Shown: in pieces, positions 10,626-20,890 of the stretch
Layout of the letters: each line of letters opens with the position of its first letter
How positions within the stretch are numbered: position 1 is the first letter of the stretch
Origin: Bacillota bacterium
Lineage (GTDB): Bacteria; Bacillota; DTU025
Direction of reading: 5' to 3'
DNA length: 64,000 nucleotides
NCBI GenBank assembly: GCA_050951805.1
Contig: JBMNJT010000002.1
Coordinates: 1,280,001 to 1,344,000 of the forward strand
Made by a program: the position numbers and the translations under genes
The notes under the pieces: model-generated
Seen by the model: only the letters and a program-made list of their open reading frames with translations
Told to the model about the DNA's origin: nothing
The model's database searches: none

Positions 10626-11078
10626 TCAGTATCTTTCGCTCCGTCTCACCATAAGCTGCGCCATTGTCCTAAGCCTTTGGTTGGCCCTGGCGAGGAGACG
10701 GCCGATTTCCTGAGGCGACAGAGTCAATTCAGGAGGATCGAGAATTTCGATGGTTCTAAACTCGTCTCTTAGTATGAAATCGGCGAGATCTTCGATGGAG
10801 TCAGCTTGAACGACAACGTACACAGGAGAATAGGCTACTTCTTGATCGGTTGCGGGGTCAATGAGAACATACGTTTCGTGGCCTGAATCCACATCCTCTA
10901 CCCTGATTCCCTGCTCCACCTCGTATTTGAGGTTCGCGGTGGCGCGGTCGCGCAAAGCAGCAGATGCTTCCGCAGCGCCCTTATGCCCGATAAACAGTCG
11001 TCCCGGCACGGCAACTCCCCTGTAATCAAACCTTACTCTGGCCCTTACCGGTTGCATCTGGGCGAAATCCTCCTCCAT
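10626..11078 (-). CDS. Hypothetical protein
   Basis: 150-aa ORF overlapping the rluB 3' end; no motif recognised. Confidence 0.65.
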   Translation of the reverse strand: MEEDFAQMQPVRARVRFDYRGVAVPGRLFIGHKGAAEASAALRDRATANLKYEVEQGIRVEDVDSGHETYVLIDPATDQEVAYSPVYVVVQADSIEDLADFILRDEFRTIEILDPPELTLSPQEIGRLLARANQRLRTMAQLMVRRSERY

Positions 11079-11808
11079 CTAATTCCGCTTGTTCACGACC
11101 GCCCGCAAGCTCTCTCAAACCTCTGATCTCTTCGGAAGTCAGCTCTCTGCTTGCCCCAAGAGCAAGCGATCCGAGGGATACGCACCCGATAGCAATGCGG
11201 ACAAGCTGAACCACCTCATTGCCGATTGCGGCAAACATCCGCCTGATCTGCCTTTTACGACCCTCGCGCAACTCGATCTCGACAAGCCTGCCGGAGCTGT
11301 CAATCATGCTTGCCCGAGCTGGCGCACTCCATCCATCTTCCAATTCAATGCCGCTTGCTACAGCGTCTAGCTGAGCTTGTAAGATCGGCTCCGCAAGCCT
11401 TACTCGGTAAGTTTTGGTAACTCCCCGGCTCGGATGGGTGATTCCGTATGCAAGCTCACCATCGTCGGTTAGCAGAAGCAACCCCTCTGATTCCATATCC
11501 AGCCTTCCCACTGGATAGACCCTGCGGTCGAGGCCGGGCACGAGGTCAAGAACGGTAGGGCGCCCATGGGTATCTCGGACCGTCGTCACAAATCCTGCGG
11601 GCTTGTTAACTGCTATGTACAGATGTTCTGACGGGGGCCTCACTATCACCCCGTCCACTGCCACCACGTCGCGATCAGGATCTACCTTAACTCCTGGTTG
11701 TTTCAGTGTTACTCCGTTGACGCTGACCCGGCCCTCGGCTATGAGCTCCTCGCACTTGCGGCGCGACGCTACTCCAGCCCTTGCCAGAAACTTATGGACC
11801 CTTTCCAT
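11026..11808 (-). CDS. rluB: 23S rRNA pseudouridine synthase (RluB/RsuA family)
   Basis: S4 domain GVASRRKCE, PVGRLD, EGLLLLTDDG, EGRKRQIRRM. Confidence 0.9.
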   Translation of the reverse strand: MERVHKFLARAGVASRRKCEELIAEGRVSVNGVTLKQPGVKVDPDRDVVAVDGVIVRPPSEHLYIAVNKPAGFVTTVRDTHGRPTVLDLVPGLDRRVYPVGRLDMESEGLLLLTDDGELAYGITHPSRGVTKTYRVRLAEPILQAQLDAVASGIELEDGWSAPARASMIDSSGRLVEIELREGRKRQIRRMFAAIGNEVVQLVRIAIGCVSLGSLALGASRELTSEEIRGLRELAGGREQAELDGGGFRPDATGKGQSKV

Positions 11809-11876
11809 TGTTTGCTCCCCTTATGGTTTCCCCGCAGAACTGCCTCCATCCAGATGTGGCAGCTAGATGACTGTCT

Positions 11877-12527
11877 CTAAAGCCTTTTGAAACGCTGAAG
11901 GTTATCATTTTGGCCGATCACCACCACAACATCGCCTTCGTGGATGACGTCGTCCCCTCCAGGGGCCACTATCATCCGCCCGGCTGAACGAATCGCCATG
12001 ATGTACACGCCAAAACGGGCCCTGATGTTCAAGGCAGCCAACGTACGGCCTGCGATATGGCTTGGCGCCACCATCTCAACCATGCTGTAATTGGGGTCCA
12101 AATCTATCTGCTCAATGATATTCGTTGAAGTAAGCATTCGGGCAAGGCGTGCGCCGGTATCCCGCTCTGGATAGATCACCCGGTCAGCCCCCACTTTTTC
12201 GAGGACTTTCCCGTGGAGGTCGTCGTTGGCTTTTGCGACGATCGACTTTACGCCCAGCTCCTTCATGACCATCGTTCCTACGATGCTCGCTTTCAGTTCA
12301 GTCCCGACTGCCACTACCGCCACATCTACGTTCCTGATCCCGACAGCCCTCATAGCATCGATGTCCGTTACGTTTGCCACTACAGCTGTAGTGACTTGAG
12401 GCGCCAATTTCTGAACCTTCTCCTCGTCCACATCGATTGCCAAAACTTCCTGTCCAAGGTCGGACAGGGTTCGCGCCACCGCCGTGCCAAATCTGCCCAA
12501 TCCGATGACCGCGATCTGTTGTATCAT
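11877..12527 (-). CDS. ktrA: KtrA/TrkA potassium uptake regulatory subunit
   Basis: VIGLGRFG, GADRVIYPE; RCK_N plus RCK_C. Confidence 0.88.
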   Translation of the reverse strand: MIQQIAVIGLGRFGTAVARTLSDLGQEVLAIDVDEEKVQKLAPQVTTAVVANVTDIDAMRAVGIRNVDVAVVAVGTELKASIVGTMVMKELGVKSIVAKANDDLHGKVLEKVGADRVIYPERDTGARLARMLTSTNIIEQIDLDPNYSMVEMVAPSHIAGRTLAALNIRARFGVYIMAIRSAGRMIVAPGGDDVIHEGDVVVVIGQNDNLQRFKRL

Positions 12528-12596
12528 CAGTGATCATCCCCACTCGCACAATCTCCCAGTTGCATGCGGATACATGGAAGCGTGTATTCAGTCGGG

Positions 12597-12605
12597 ATTA
12601 TACCA
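12597..12605 (-). promoter_or_regulatory. Extended -10 SigA promoter for ktrA-rluB
   Basis: TGgTATAAT about 70 nt upstream of the start codon. Confidence 0.55.
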
Positions 12606-12767
12606 CAGCCCCAATGTGTCTGCTACAGCAGGCAAAAACCAGGCTCACGCCGAGAGGGCATCAACCTTATCTCACGCCCTGTGGATATTGGGCGTCGATA
12701 AAAGGCCGTCGACTGCCTGCTGCCACATTTCCAACTGAGAGTCCGCGCTGGGATGCCGACGCAATCT

Positions 12768-13298
12768 TCATGCTATGGGGCGCTTTACTTCTGGTTGGGC
12801 CTGGGTCCTCACTGTAATCGTTTTGGGCTGCGGCGCTGCAAGCCGAGCAATCAGATCGGGGACAACATCGATGAGGCGATCGAATATGGCGTCCGTAGTC
12901 ACCGGAAGGAACCTTACCTGATTGTTCCCCACGACCAAAAACCCGACCGGACTGAGCGAGACGCCCGCTCCTGCCCCACCGCCAAAAGGCAGTTCAGCGG
13001 TGCCGCCACCCGAGCCGGTCGGCGGCTGTCCCCCGTCCCGGCGACGACTAGCGTCCCATTGAGTGCCGCCGGACGCGAATCCAAATGTCACTCTTGAGAC
13101 TGGCATGATTACGTTGCCATCCTTAGTTTCCACTGGGTCGCCAAGGATCGTATTCACATCGATCATCTGCCTAATGCTTTCGAGGGTCGTTTTCATCAGG
13201 CCTTCTATAGGATGCTCAGGCAAGATGCATTCCTCCTGTTGCTTTTTTGCTTCCAACAGCATTCTCTGCTTATTATTGATCGCTGCCTCTGCCTTCAT
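12768..13298 (-). CDS. gerW: GerW/YtfJ sporulation protein
   Basis: HPIEGLM, IDVNTILGDP, PVSRVTFGFASGG, PFGGGAGAGVS. Confidence 0.92.
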   Translation of the reverse strand: MKAEAAINNKQRMLLEAKKQQEECILPEHPIEGLMKTTLESIRQMIDVNTILGDPVETKDGNVIMPVSRVTFGFASGGTQWDASRRRDGGQPPTGSGGGTAELPFGGGAGAGVSLSPVGFLVVGNNQVRFLPVTTDAIFDRLIDVVPDLIARLAAPQPKTITVRTQAQPEVKRPIA

Positions 13299-13903
13299 TC
13301 CCTTCTCTTGCGGCCAGCTTTTACAAACCCCATAACAGCAGAGGAGAACGACGGAGCGAGGATTACCGATGCAATACTTGTTTCCAGGGAGATGTCAAGA
13401 TCTGTGAGAAAGCACTGGCGGTCGAAGAGAGGCGTGACTGAGTATTCTGGGAGGTCGGACCTTTTGCCCCACCTCGCGTATGCGCTCGATAAAAGCGTTG
13501 ACTTTGCGGCCCACAAGCTTCCGCACGCTATGGCTGTGAGCGCCGCATCGCCCGTACCGACCAGGGAATGCCACACGACACTGATAAGCTTGTGGTGCCC
13601 AGACAGCGCCGCGCTGAGGACTGGAACAAGAGCTTGAAACCTATCTATGGTCTCTTTTACGGAAGCCAAGCGCTGAGTGGGGGTCTTGTGAGGTTGGCTG
13701 GTTCCGGGAATGATGTCGTGGCTGTAGACCTGGAAAGAGAATAGATGGGGCCATAATGAAACGCGCGCCGCAACCGAGGCGCACATTTCACCTGAATGGG
13801 CTGACAACCTCAGCCTTATGGGCCAAAAAATCAGGGCCACAAGCGCCGCGACAACGATTGCCAGAACCGAAAGGAGCGCTACAACCCATCTCACCCGCAC
13901 CAC
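13295..13903 (-). CDS. DUF2953 (YtfI-like) protein
   Basis: GTGDAALTAIACG motif; immediately upstream of gerW. Confidence 0.85.
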   Translation of the reverse strand: MVRVRWVVALLSVLAIVVAALVALIFWPIRLRLSAHSGEMCASVAARVSLWPHLFSFQVYSHDIIPGTSQPHKTPTQRLASVKETIDRFQALVPVLSAALSGHHKLISVVWHSLVGTGDAALTAIACGSLWAAKSTLLSSAYARWGKRSDLPEYSVTPLFDRQCFLTDLDISLETSIASVILAPSFSSAVMGFVKAGRKRRE

Positions 13904-13998
13904 TCCCGCTCGTATTCTGCCGCGCAGCAGGAGCAGTATTCACCATCGCGTGAAATCAGGCCCGGAACGCCCAGATTCTTCGGTCGACCCTGACTCGG

Positions 13999-14712
13999 TC
14001 AGTCGTCTTCTTCATCACAGTTGGCATCTGTCGCGCTCATACCGTCGAACATTGACTCAAGATCGATCCCATCTGGCATATCCCAATGCGCATTGCCTCC
14101 AGCCTCATCGCCGTCCTTCCCCAAGCCAGGAAGAGGTGACATCAACGCATCCTGCTCATCGGCACCTTGAGGCGCGTCTGCAGGAAGCCCTTCGCCATCG
14201 GGAAGCACCGGAAGATCATCGAGCGAGCTGAGCCCCAAGTAAAGCAGGAAATCCGGCGTAGTTCCGTAAAGGATCGGCCGCCCTATACTCTCCTTGCGTC
14301 CCTTTTCACAGATAAGCCCTCGCTCGAGCAACGTGGATATGGCTGAATCGGGAGATACCCCTCTGATTCTCTCTATTTCTCCCCTGGTGACAGGCTGCCG
14401 ATACGCAACTATGGCCAGTGTCTCAAGGGAAGCCGGAGAAAGCGACGGAGGACGTTGTCTTTCGGAAAGCCGTTCTATGTAGGGAGCGTACTCGGGACGC
14501 GACAACATGATGAACCCGCCGCCAGTTTCCACCAAGGCTACACCCGATTCTGGGCTGGAATGCCTATCCCCGATCAACCGGAGGAGTTTTCTGGTCGAAG
14601 ACTCATCAACCCCTATGGCAGATGCGATCTCTTCGGCCCGGAGGGGAAACGAGGCCGCGAACAGTATTGCTTCAATTGCCGCTTGCGCTTCTTGGAGATT
14701 CGTCGGACACAC
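13999..14712 (-). CDS. scpB: SMC partner ScpB
   Basis: IEAILFA, ETLAIVAYRQPVTR, IRGV, GRPILYGTT. Confidence 0.96.
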   Translation of the reverse strand: MCPTNLQEAQAAIEAILFAASFPLRAEEIASAIGVDESSTRKLLRLIGDRHSSPESGVALVETGGGFIMLSRPEYAPYIERLSERQRPPSLSPASLETLAIVAYRQPVTRGEIERIRGVSPDSAISTLLERGLICEKGRKESIGRPILYGTTPDFLLYLGLSSLDDLPVLPDGEGLPADAPQGADEQDALMSPLPGLGKDGDEAGGNAHWDMPDGIDLESMFDGMSATDANCDEEDD

Positions 14713-15448
14713 CTCCGGATGACGCCTTTTCCTTCTGCGGGAACATCCATATCTCGCCGAAAGGCATTGGCTGAGTGGCAGAGATCCTTCCCCGCCTAAC
14801 CAGCTCCAGCATGGCCAGGAGCGTTGCTACGATGACAGGGCGGGACGCATCCTCCCCGAGGAACTCATGAAAGCCCAAGCGTCCGCGACGCGCCAGACGC
14901 GTCAGGACAGACGCCATCTGAGGCACAATGTCAATCTCATCCTCCGGCAGATGGGTGAATTCCTCGGGAACACTCGTTGCAGCTTTGACATACAAGTCGA
15001 AAAGATCCTTAGCTGATATGCCATCCAGCGGGTTCACTTTCACCATAGCCGGCTTTGGAAGCGGACGCGGCGGGCGCGTGTACATCCTCGAAGCCGTGGC
15101 TTCAAGGCTCCGCATGACACGCGCCGCATCGCGATAGCGCCTATATTCGATGAGGCGTGCCACCAGGTCTGCGCCGGGGTCAGGCAACTCATCCTCTTCC
15201 ACGCCGAATTCTTCCGCGAGTTCCTGCTCGGGAAGCAAAGCTTTGACCTTCATGTAGAGCAACGTGGCTGCAATCACCAAAAATTCTGCAGCCTGGTCTA
15301 TGTCGAGCCACTCCATCGATGATACATGTTCCAAGTAGTCATCGGTAATCTCGCTGATAGATACCTCGCAAATGTCTATCTCCTTCTTTTCGATGAGAGA
15401 GAGCATCAGATCGAGGGGGCCCGAGAAGACGGGGGTCTCTACCTTCAT
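14672..15448 (-). CDS. scpA: SMC kleisin ScpA
   Basis: FSGPLDLML, AEFLVIAATL, LLAMLELVR. Confidence 0.95.
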   Translation of the reverse strand: MKVETPVFSGPLDLMLSLIEKKEIDICEVSISEITDDYLEHVSSMEWLDIDQAAEFLVIAATLLYMKVKALLPEQELAEEFGVEEDELPDPGADLVARLIEYRRYRDAARVMRSLEATASRMYTRPPRPLPKPAMVKVNPLDGISAKDLFDLYVKAATSVPEEFTHLPEDEIDIVPQMASVLTRLARRGRLGFHEFLGEDASRPVIVATLLAMLELVRRGRISATQPMPFGEIWMFPQKEKASSGGVSDESPRSASGN

Positions 15449-16434
15449 ATCCTCATGGCTTCCCGCACTTCGGTCATGGTCTGAACCGCGATAGGCCGTG
15501 CCTTGGCCGCTCCCTCTTCGAGGACAGACTCGACGAAGCCGGGCTGGGCTTCAAGCTCGTGGCGCCTTTCGTGGATTGGACCTAAGATTTCAAGAAGCAC
15601 ATTGGCTAGTTCCTTTTTGCAGGCGACGCAGCCGATCTTCCCAGCCTCACATTCCTGCCTGCGCCCATCGATGAGTTCGGGGGCGAGACCTTTATAGTAA
15701 GCATAAACGGTGCAGACATCGGGGTGGCCAGGATCCGACTTCCGTATGCGCTGAGGATCGGTGACCATCGCATTCACCTTCTCGCGCACTTTTTCCGGAG
15801 GATCGGACAGGGCTATTGTATTTCCGTAGCTCTTGCTCATCTTCCGTCCGTCGATTCCCGGAAGGATCGGTACCTGGCTCAGCTTAGCCTGAGGCTCCAA
15901 AAACACGGGCGTGTATAGGTAGTTGAACCTCCGAGCTATCTCGCGTGCCAACTCCAAGTGTGGAAGCTGGTCCTCTCCAACCGGCACCGTATCGGCCTTA
16001 TACACCAGTATGTCAGCGGCCATAAGCACCGGATAGCCCAGAAAACCGTAGTTAGTTATGCTTTTCCCCGACAGCTGCTGCAGTTGTTCCTTGTAAGTGG
16101 GGCACCTTTCTAGCCACCCCAATGGCGTGATCATTGAGAGAAGCAGATGAAGCTCTGCGTGCTCTTTGACGTCGGACTGCCTGAAGATTGCGGATCTTTC
16201 AGGATCCAAGCCCGCAGACAGCCAATCAATCAGCATCTGGCGGGTGTAGTTCTTCAGCTCAGATGTATCCTCATATCCCGTGGTCAAAGCGTGCCAGTCG
16301 GCTACCATGAAGAAGCACTCGTAATCGTCCTGGAGCTTGACCCAGTTGGCCAGCGCTCCGGCGAAGTTGCCCAGATGAAGTTTTCCCGTTGGCCTGTTCC
16401 CGCTCAGTATGCGCCCTTTTGCCAAACAAACCAC
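15445..16434 (-). CDS. trpS: Tryptophan--tRNA ligase
   Basis: PTGKLHLGN, YPVLMAADIL, PVGEDQ, KMSKS. Confidence 0.97.
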   Translation of the reverse strand: MVCLAKGRILSGNRPTGKLHLGNFAGALANWVKLQDDYECFFMVADWHALTTGYEDTSELKNYTRQMLIDWLSAGLDPERSAIFRQSDVKEHAELHLLLSMITPLGWLERCPTYKEQLQQLSGKSITNYGFLGYPVLMAADILVYKADTVPVGEDQLPHLELAREIARRFNYLYTPVFLEPQAKLSQVPILPGIDGRKMSKSYGNTIALSDPPEKVREKVNAMVTDPQRIRKSDPGHPDVCTVYAYYKGLAPELIDGRRQECEAGKIGCVACKKELANVLLEILGPIHERRHELEAQPGFVESVLEEGAAKARPIAVQTMTEVREAMRI

Positions 16435-16442
16435 CTTCTACA

Positions 16443-17063
16443 CTACATTATCGCTCTGTAAAGCGTCAATATGATCGGGCTCAAGATCCAGCTCGCCAAC
16501 GGCGTCGCTATGAACAACAAAAGCACGATGTAAGAGTACTTCTCCAACGTATAGTACAAACGTGCGCCCTTGCCCTTGAGGAGCGCTGCGAGGATCTTTG
16601 ACCCGTCAAGAGGCGGAACTGGCAGGAGGTTGAAAACGGCAAGCCCAAGGTTTATCCATACGCCCTGGTTCAATGCGAGCGCGAGGTAGCGCGCAAATGC
16701 ATTTGCCGGTATGCCATAGGGCCCGGATACCGCCTTAAACAACGTGGCCAAGGCAATTGCCAACACAAGGTTGGAACCGGGGCCTGCCAGGCTAACCATT
16801 ACCATTCCCGCATCCCTGTTTTCAAAGTTATTGGGGTTGACTACCACTGGCTTTGCCCATCCGAACCTGCCTGTAACGACGAGCACAAGAAGGCCTACGG
16901 GGTCCATGTGGGCAAGGGGGTTGAGAGTGAGGCGCCCTTGCCATCGGGGAGTGTTGTCGCCCAGCCTGTATGCTACGCGCGCGTGGGCATACTCATGCAC
17001 TGACAAAGAAAAAAGCAAAATCGGCAACGTAATGAGCATGGAGTAAGGGTTCATCGATAGCAC
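16443..17063 (-). CDS. Site-2 protease (M50 family)
   Basis: HEYAH, FGWAKP, NLLPVPPLDG. Confidence 0.93.
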   Translation of the reverse strand: MLSMNPYSMLITLPILLFSLSVHEYAHARVAYRLGDNTPRWQGRLTLNPLAHMDPVGLLVLVVTGRFGWAKPVVVNPNNFENRDAGMVMVSLAGPGSNLVLAIALATLFKAVSGPYGIPANAFARYLALALNQGVWINLGLAVFNLLPVPPLDGSKILAALLKGKGARLYYTLEKYSYIVLLLFIATPLASWILSPIILTLYRAIM

Positions 17064-17086
17064 GGGCTTTCCCTCCTCTGGGCCTG

Positions 17087-17095
17087 ATTATAACA
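17087..17095 (-). promoter_or_regulatory. Extended -10 SigA promoter for M50-trpS-scpAB
   Basis: TGtTATAAT just upstream of the SD. Confidence 0.55.
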
Positions 17096-17271
17096 TACGC
17101 AGCCGCTAGCGGGGAACACCATCCGTCGCCGCAGGCTTGTTCAGCTGTAGTTGATTGCGAAATTGCCACTCATATGAATGGAGCATTGTTAATAGATGTG
17201 CAATTGATGAGACGGGACAATAGTCGGCACAGCTTGTTTGAAAGTGAGAAATGACGTGAACCCGTGGGCTT

Positions 17272-18480
17272 TCAGAGAACCTGCATGTCTTTCCATCGAC
17301 CTGCACCCGAAATCCCGTCCAATCGTTTGCCTGATCTTTCTGCAAGCAGATCGCAGAAAGCCTCCAACCTGGTGTCGAGGCCTGCATCTGCCGTATGCTC
17401 ATCGATGGTCAGTGACATTATCGGCATCCCTTCCTCTTCGCTCACCCGTGGCAATATGCTCTGGGCCACGATTTCAGGCATACAGGTGAGTGGAGAGATG
17501 TGCACAACGCCGTCGAACCCGCTTCGGGCCATCTGAACCGAGTGCCCCACGCTTTCCACGCCGTGGCCGCCGACAAAATGCCCCAGATACGGCGTAGCCC
17601 ATGCCAACATATCAGGTTTTGGCATAAACTTCACTATATCGAGGACTACATGGGTCATGATCCACCCAGAAAACGTGATCGGCTGCATAACCTGAGCCCC
17701 GATAGTCCCCAGCTTCTTGCAGAGGTTCATGTTGACTGCGGGCTCCATCACTACGTATATCTCTCCAACCACTCCAACAGAAAGCGGAGAAAGATCGCCT
17801 TCTTCCGAACGCAGAAGGGCGCCATACCTATCCGTTACTAGACTTCGAGCACAAGAATCGAGCTGACAGATCGGGCCTACTACGGCGCAGGACCGTACGT
17901 GTTCCACCGTGTTGGCGATGACGGCTTGCACGTCTCTAATCGTAGAGGCTCTGTCCAGTTCGGCAAGTCCTTTCCGAACAGCTCTGTCTACCGCGCCTCT
18001 TTCGGCTTCGCTCCAGCGCGCGGCATTGGCCAACTGCTCGCAGACGTCGATGCCTATGCATTTTTCCCACGCAAGCTTCCCAGCCTCAACCACATCCCTC
18101 ACGCCCGCACGACTAGTGAGGAGGCGTGCAAACCGGACCGTGTTGCGAAAGTGGCCCCTAGGAGGCTCTATCACCACCAGGTCCACGTCATCGCCAAGGT
18201 CAGAGAGTATGTCTCGCTGCAGCTCGCAGTAGTAGCCAAGCCTACACGGACCTATCCCACCCACCATGAGAAAAGTGTCGGCGCCGCTGTTGATCGCTTC
18301 AATCATGTTCCCAATAGTTACCTTGAGAGGAAGGCACGCTGTTTCGGGGGCAAGTTGCGCGCCTATCGCTACCGTCTTTCGAGTAGTGGGAGGCGGCGCA
18401 ACCACCTCAATGCCGATTCCTGAGAAGAAAGCTTTCAGGGGAATCCACAAGTTTCCCAGATGCGGAAAGGAGACTTTCAT
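17272..18480 (-). CDS. 2-hydroxyacyl-CoA dehydratase (HGD-D)/DUF2229-like Fe-S protein ('CoA protein activase')
   Basis: PETACLPLK, GPCRLGYY, VGEIYV, PLTCMPE, DEHTADAGLDTRLEAF. Confidence 0.8.
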   Translation of the reverse strand: MKVSFPHLGNLWIPLKAFFSGIGIEVVAPPPTTRKTVAIGAQLAPETACLPLKVTIGNMIEAINSGADTFLMVGGIGPCRLGYYCELQRDILSDLGDDVDLVVIEPPRGHFRNTVRFARLLTSRAGVRDVVEAGKLAWEKCIGIDVCEQLANAARWSEAERGAVDRAVRKGLAELDRASTIRDVQAVIANTVEHVRSCAVVGPICQLDSCARSLVTDRYGALLRSEEGDLSPLSVGVVGEIYVVMEPAVNMNLCKKLGTIGAQVMQPITFSGWIMTHVVLDIVKFMPKPDMLAWATPYLGHFVGGHGVESVGHSVQMARSGFDGVVHISPLTCMPEIVAQSILPRVSEEEGMPIMSLTIDEHTADAGLDTRLEAFCDLLAERSGKRLDGISGAGRWKDMQVL

Positions 18481-19472
18481 CGCTTCGACTTCCCCATTCT
18501 GACAGTGTCCACGAACGCTTCCAGACGCGTTGCCATGCCGGCTTCGCCTGAGTGTTCATCCACATTGAGGATGATTAGAGGCATGGCGGGATGGCGCGCC
18601 GCGTCTCGGGCGATTACTTCAGCAACAAATGACTCAGGCCCGCAACCAAAGGAGGTCAAGTGCACCATTCCGTCCACTTCTCCCGTCTCTCTCCATCTGC
18701 GAGCTGCCCCGATCAGTTTGCGGCCGGCAGTCCAGAAGACCTGTTTTCTGTCCGCCCCCCGCCTCTCCCACCGCCTCAGATTGTCGTATGCGTAATCCTC
18801 TGCTGTGACTGCCTTCACGCCCATCTTCTCAAGCTTTGATATTAGGCCCAAGCTAAGATAAGCGTCATCGAGGTTGTAGGTATGACCTAACACCCCTATG
18901 GTCAACGAGGTTTCATAGATGCTTTCAAGCGTGTATCCGCCTAGCCCCGTACGGGCTACGGCAGAGCCTGAGGGCGCAAACCTCTTGACGCGCCGACGGT
19001 CTTCCTTTCGCTGCGCCATCAAGGCGGCGCCCAATGCCCATGATAGATGCCGTGGTGCCACTCCTAGTATCTTGCAAGTGTCTGAGCAAGGCAGGGATGA
19101 AACATACGAACCGAGGCCCTGGCGTATGTCGACACACATATCGATGATAGGGGGCGCATTTTGCAGCCTCGCTCTGATCATGTCGGGGAGGCCCATGAAC
19201 TTCGGACATATGTACGCTCCACGCTCCACGCTCACAAACCTCGCAACAAACAAGGCGTCAACCTGATCCGACAGAACGGCGGCATGCCCGAAAAAAGCCT
19301 TTACAGGCAGACAGGCATCGTCTACACACAGAGCAAGCCCCTTCTCAAGTATCTCCCGGTTGGTTTGCGGCGACACGACTGTTTCGGCTCCGCAAGACTC
19401 CAAAAAAGTGTGGATGGCAGGCGCATACTCGTGGTACAAGAGCCCGCGGGGAACTCCCACTCTCATGGTCAT
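18477..19472 (-). CDS. DUF2229 acyl-CoA dehydratase activase-related Fe-S protein
   Basis: VGVPRGL, ACLPVK, ICPKFMGLPD, SFGCGPE, DEHSGEAGMATRLEAF. Confidence 0.82.
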   Translation of the reverse strand: MTMRVGVPRGLLYHEYAPAIHTFLESCGAETVVSPQTNREILEKGLALCVDDACLPVKAFFGHAAVLSDQVDALFVARFVSVERGAYICPKFMGLPDMIRARLQNAPPIIDMCVDIRQGLGSYVSSLPCSDTCKILGVAPRHLSWALGAALMAQRKEDRRRVKRFAPSGSAVARTGLGGYTLESIYETSLTIGVLGHTYNLDDAYLSLGLISKLEKMGVKAVTAEDYAYDNLRRWERRGADRKQVFWTAGRKLIGAARRWRETGEVDGMVHLTSFGCGPESFVAEVIARDAARHPAMPLIILNVDEHSGEAGMATRLEAFVDTVRMGKSKR

Positions 19473-19819
19473 GGCTTGGGATTGGCAACGAGAGCAATCA
19501 ATGCGCCGAAAAAAACCGCCGTGGTTATCCCAAGCCCTGTAAACTCCAGAGCACCGGTGAACAACCCCAGTACGCCGAGCCTTTCCGCCTCCATGAGCGA
19601 GCCGCGGGCTATTGAATGACCAAAGCCTGATACGGGAATTAGAGCGCCTGCCCCAGCAAAATCCACCAGTTTATCGTAGACTCCCAGACCTGAGAGGATT
19701 GCGCCGGCTACAACAAAGGCTACTAGCATGTGCGGGGGTGAAAGCTTGCTCGTGTCGAGCAGCACCTGGCCTATTGCACAGATCGTTCCTCCTACAAGAA
19801 ACGCCACGAGGTAGTCCAT
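19469..19819 (-). CDS. spoVAE: Stage V sporulation protein AE (SpoVAEb type)
   Basis: AFLVGGTICAIGQ, FAGAGALIPVSGFG. Confidence 0.93.
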   Translation of the reverse strand: MDYLVAFLVGGTICAIGQVLLDTSKLSPPHMLVAFVVAGAILSGLGVYDKLVDFAGAGALIPVSGFGHSIARGSLMEAERLGVLGLFTGALEFTGLGITTAVFFGALIALVANPKP

Positions 19820-19879
19820 GTGACCAAAGTTCCTCCCTAAGGCTACAATATATGGGCCTTGATGACCTGAACATGGCGA

Positions 19880-20887
19880 TTACGTCTCGAGCACGACAGC
19901 ATTTGCAATACAAGGAATCGATTCTCCCTGCTGCCAGGAGATGGGCGACATGAGGGCGCCTGTGGCAACGACGAGGGCCCGAGATATCTCGTTCTGGCAC
20001 ATCCTCTTCAAGATGAACCCGTAGGTGATCAGAGCTGAACACGCACACCCGCTGCCCCCTACCCCAGTACCTCTTACACCCTCGAACATGAGGATGCCTG
20101 CATCTGAGTAATTGTCCCCGAGGGGCACCCCTTTCTCCGCCATCAGTTGGCGAAGTATCTCCGCTCCCACGCGCCCCAAATCTCCGGTGAGGATGATATC
20201 GTAGTATCCGGGGTCCCGTCCGGTATCGGCAAGGTGTGCGAAGATAGTGTCGGCCGCGGCAGGAGCCATAGCGGGCCCCATCTGGTTGGGGTCCTTTATG
20301 CCCATGTCGATCACTTTTCCGATAGTCGCCTCAGTGACCTTGACTTTGCCTCCTGATCTGCCCACCAATGCGGCGCCTGCCCCGGTCACCGTATACTGCG
20401 AAGTGCTCTTTCGCATAATGTTCAGCTCTATCGGATAGCGAAATTGCCTTTCAGCGGTTTGGTAATGGCTGCTTGTGACCGCAAGGGCAAGGTCCGCATA
20501 ACCCCCGTCCACCATTGCGGAAGCCATGGTTAAGCTCTGCGCCATAGTTGAGCAAGCCCCATACAGCCCAACGAAAGGAATGCCAAAACCCTCTGCGGTG
20601 AAGCTTGAGGTGATTATCTGATTGAGCAGATCGCCGGCGAATATCATATTGACTTGTTCGGGAAGGACACGGGCACTGCCCAAGGCGATCTTAATGGCAT
20701 CTTCCATGAATCGCCGTTCCGCTTTCTCGGGCGTACGCTCCCCGAACATGTCATCGGGCACCAGCTCGTCGAACCACTGGGCCATCTGGCCCTCGCTTTC
20801 CTTTGGGCCGGCAACTGTAGCAGCGCTAACAATTACAGGGGGAGTGGAATAGACTATTGTGCTTCCGCCTACACGTTTTGTCGTCAT
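19880..20887 (-). CDS. spoVAD: Stage V sporulation protein AD
   Basis: GDLLNQ, GLYGACST, AERQFRYP, GGSGCAC. Confidence 0.96.
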   Translation of the reverse strand: MTTKRVGGSTIVYSTPPVIVSAATVAGPKESEGQMAQWFDELVPDDMFGERTPEKAERRFMEDAIKIALGSARVLPEQVNMIFAGDLLNQIITSSFTAEGFGIPFVGLYGACSTMAQSLTMASAMVDGGYADLALAVTSSHYQTAERQFRYPIELNIMRKSTSQYTVTGAGAALVGRSGGKVKVTEATIGKVIDMGIKDPNQMGPAMAPAAADTIFAHLADTGRDPGYYDIILTGDLGRVGAEILRQLMAEKGVPLGDNYSDAGILMFEGVRGTGVGGSGCACSALITYGFILKRMCQNEISRALVVATGALMSPISWQQGESIPCIANAVVLET

Positions 20888-20890
20888 AGC

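Noticed and set aside
12530-12767. c-di-AMP (ydaO) riboswitch ahead of ktrA
   Set aside because: The conserved GCUGAA / GGGGUGAA / CAGCUAAC elements were not found.
16435-17270. T-box leader for trpS
   Set aside because: trpS is only 8 bp downstream of the M50 gene, and no GGTGGNACCGCG T-box is visible.
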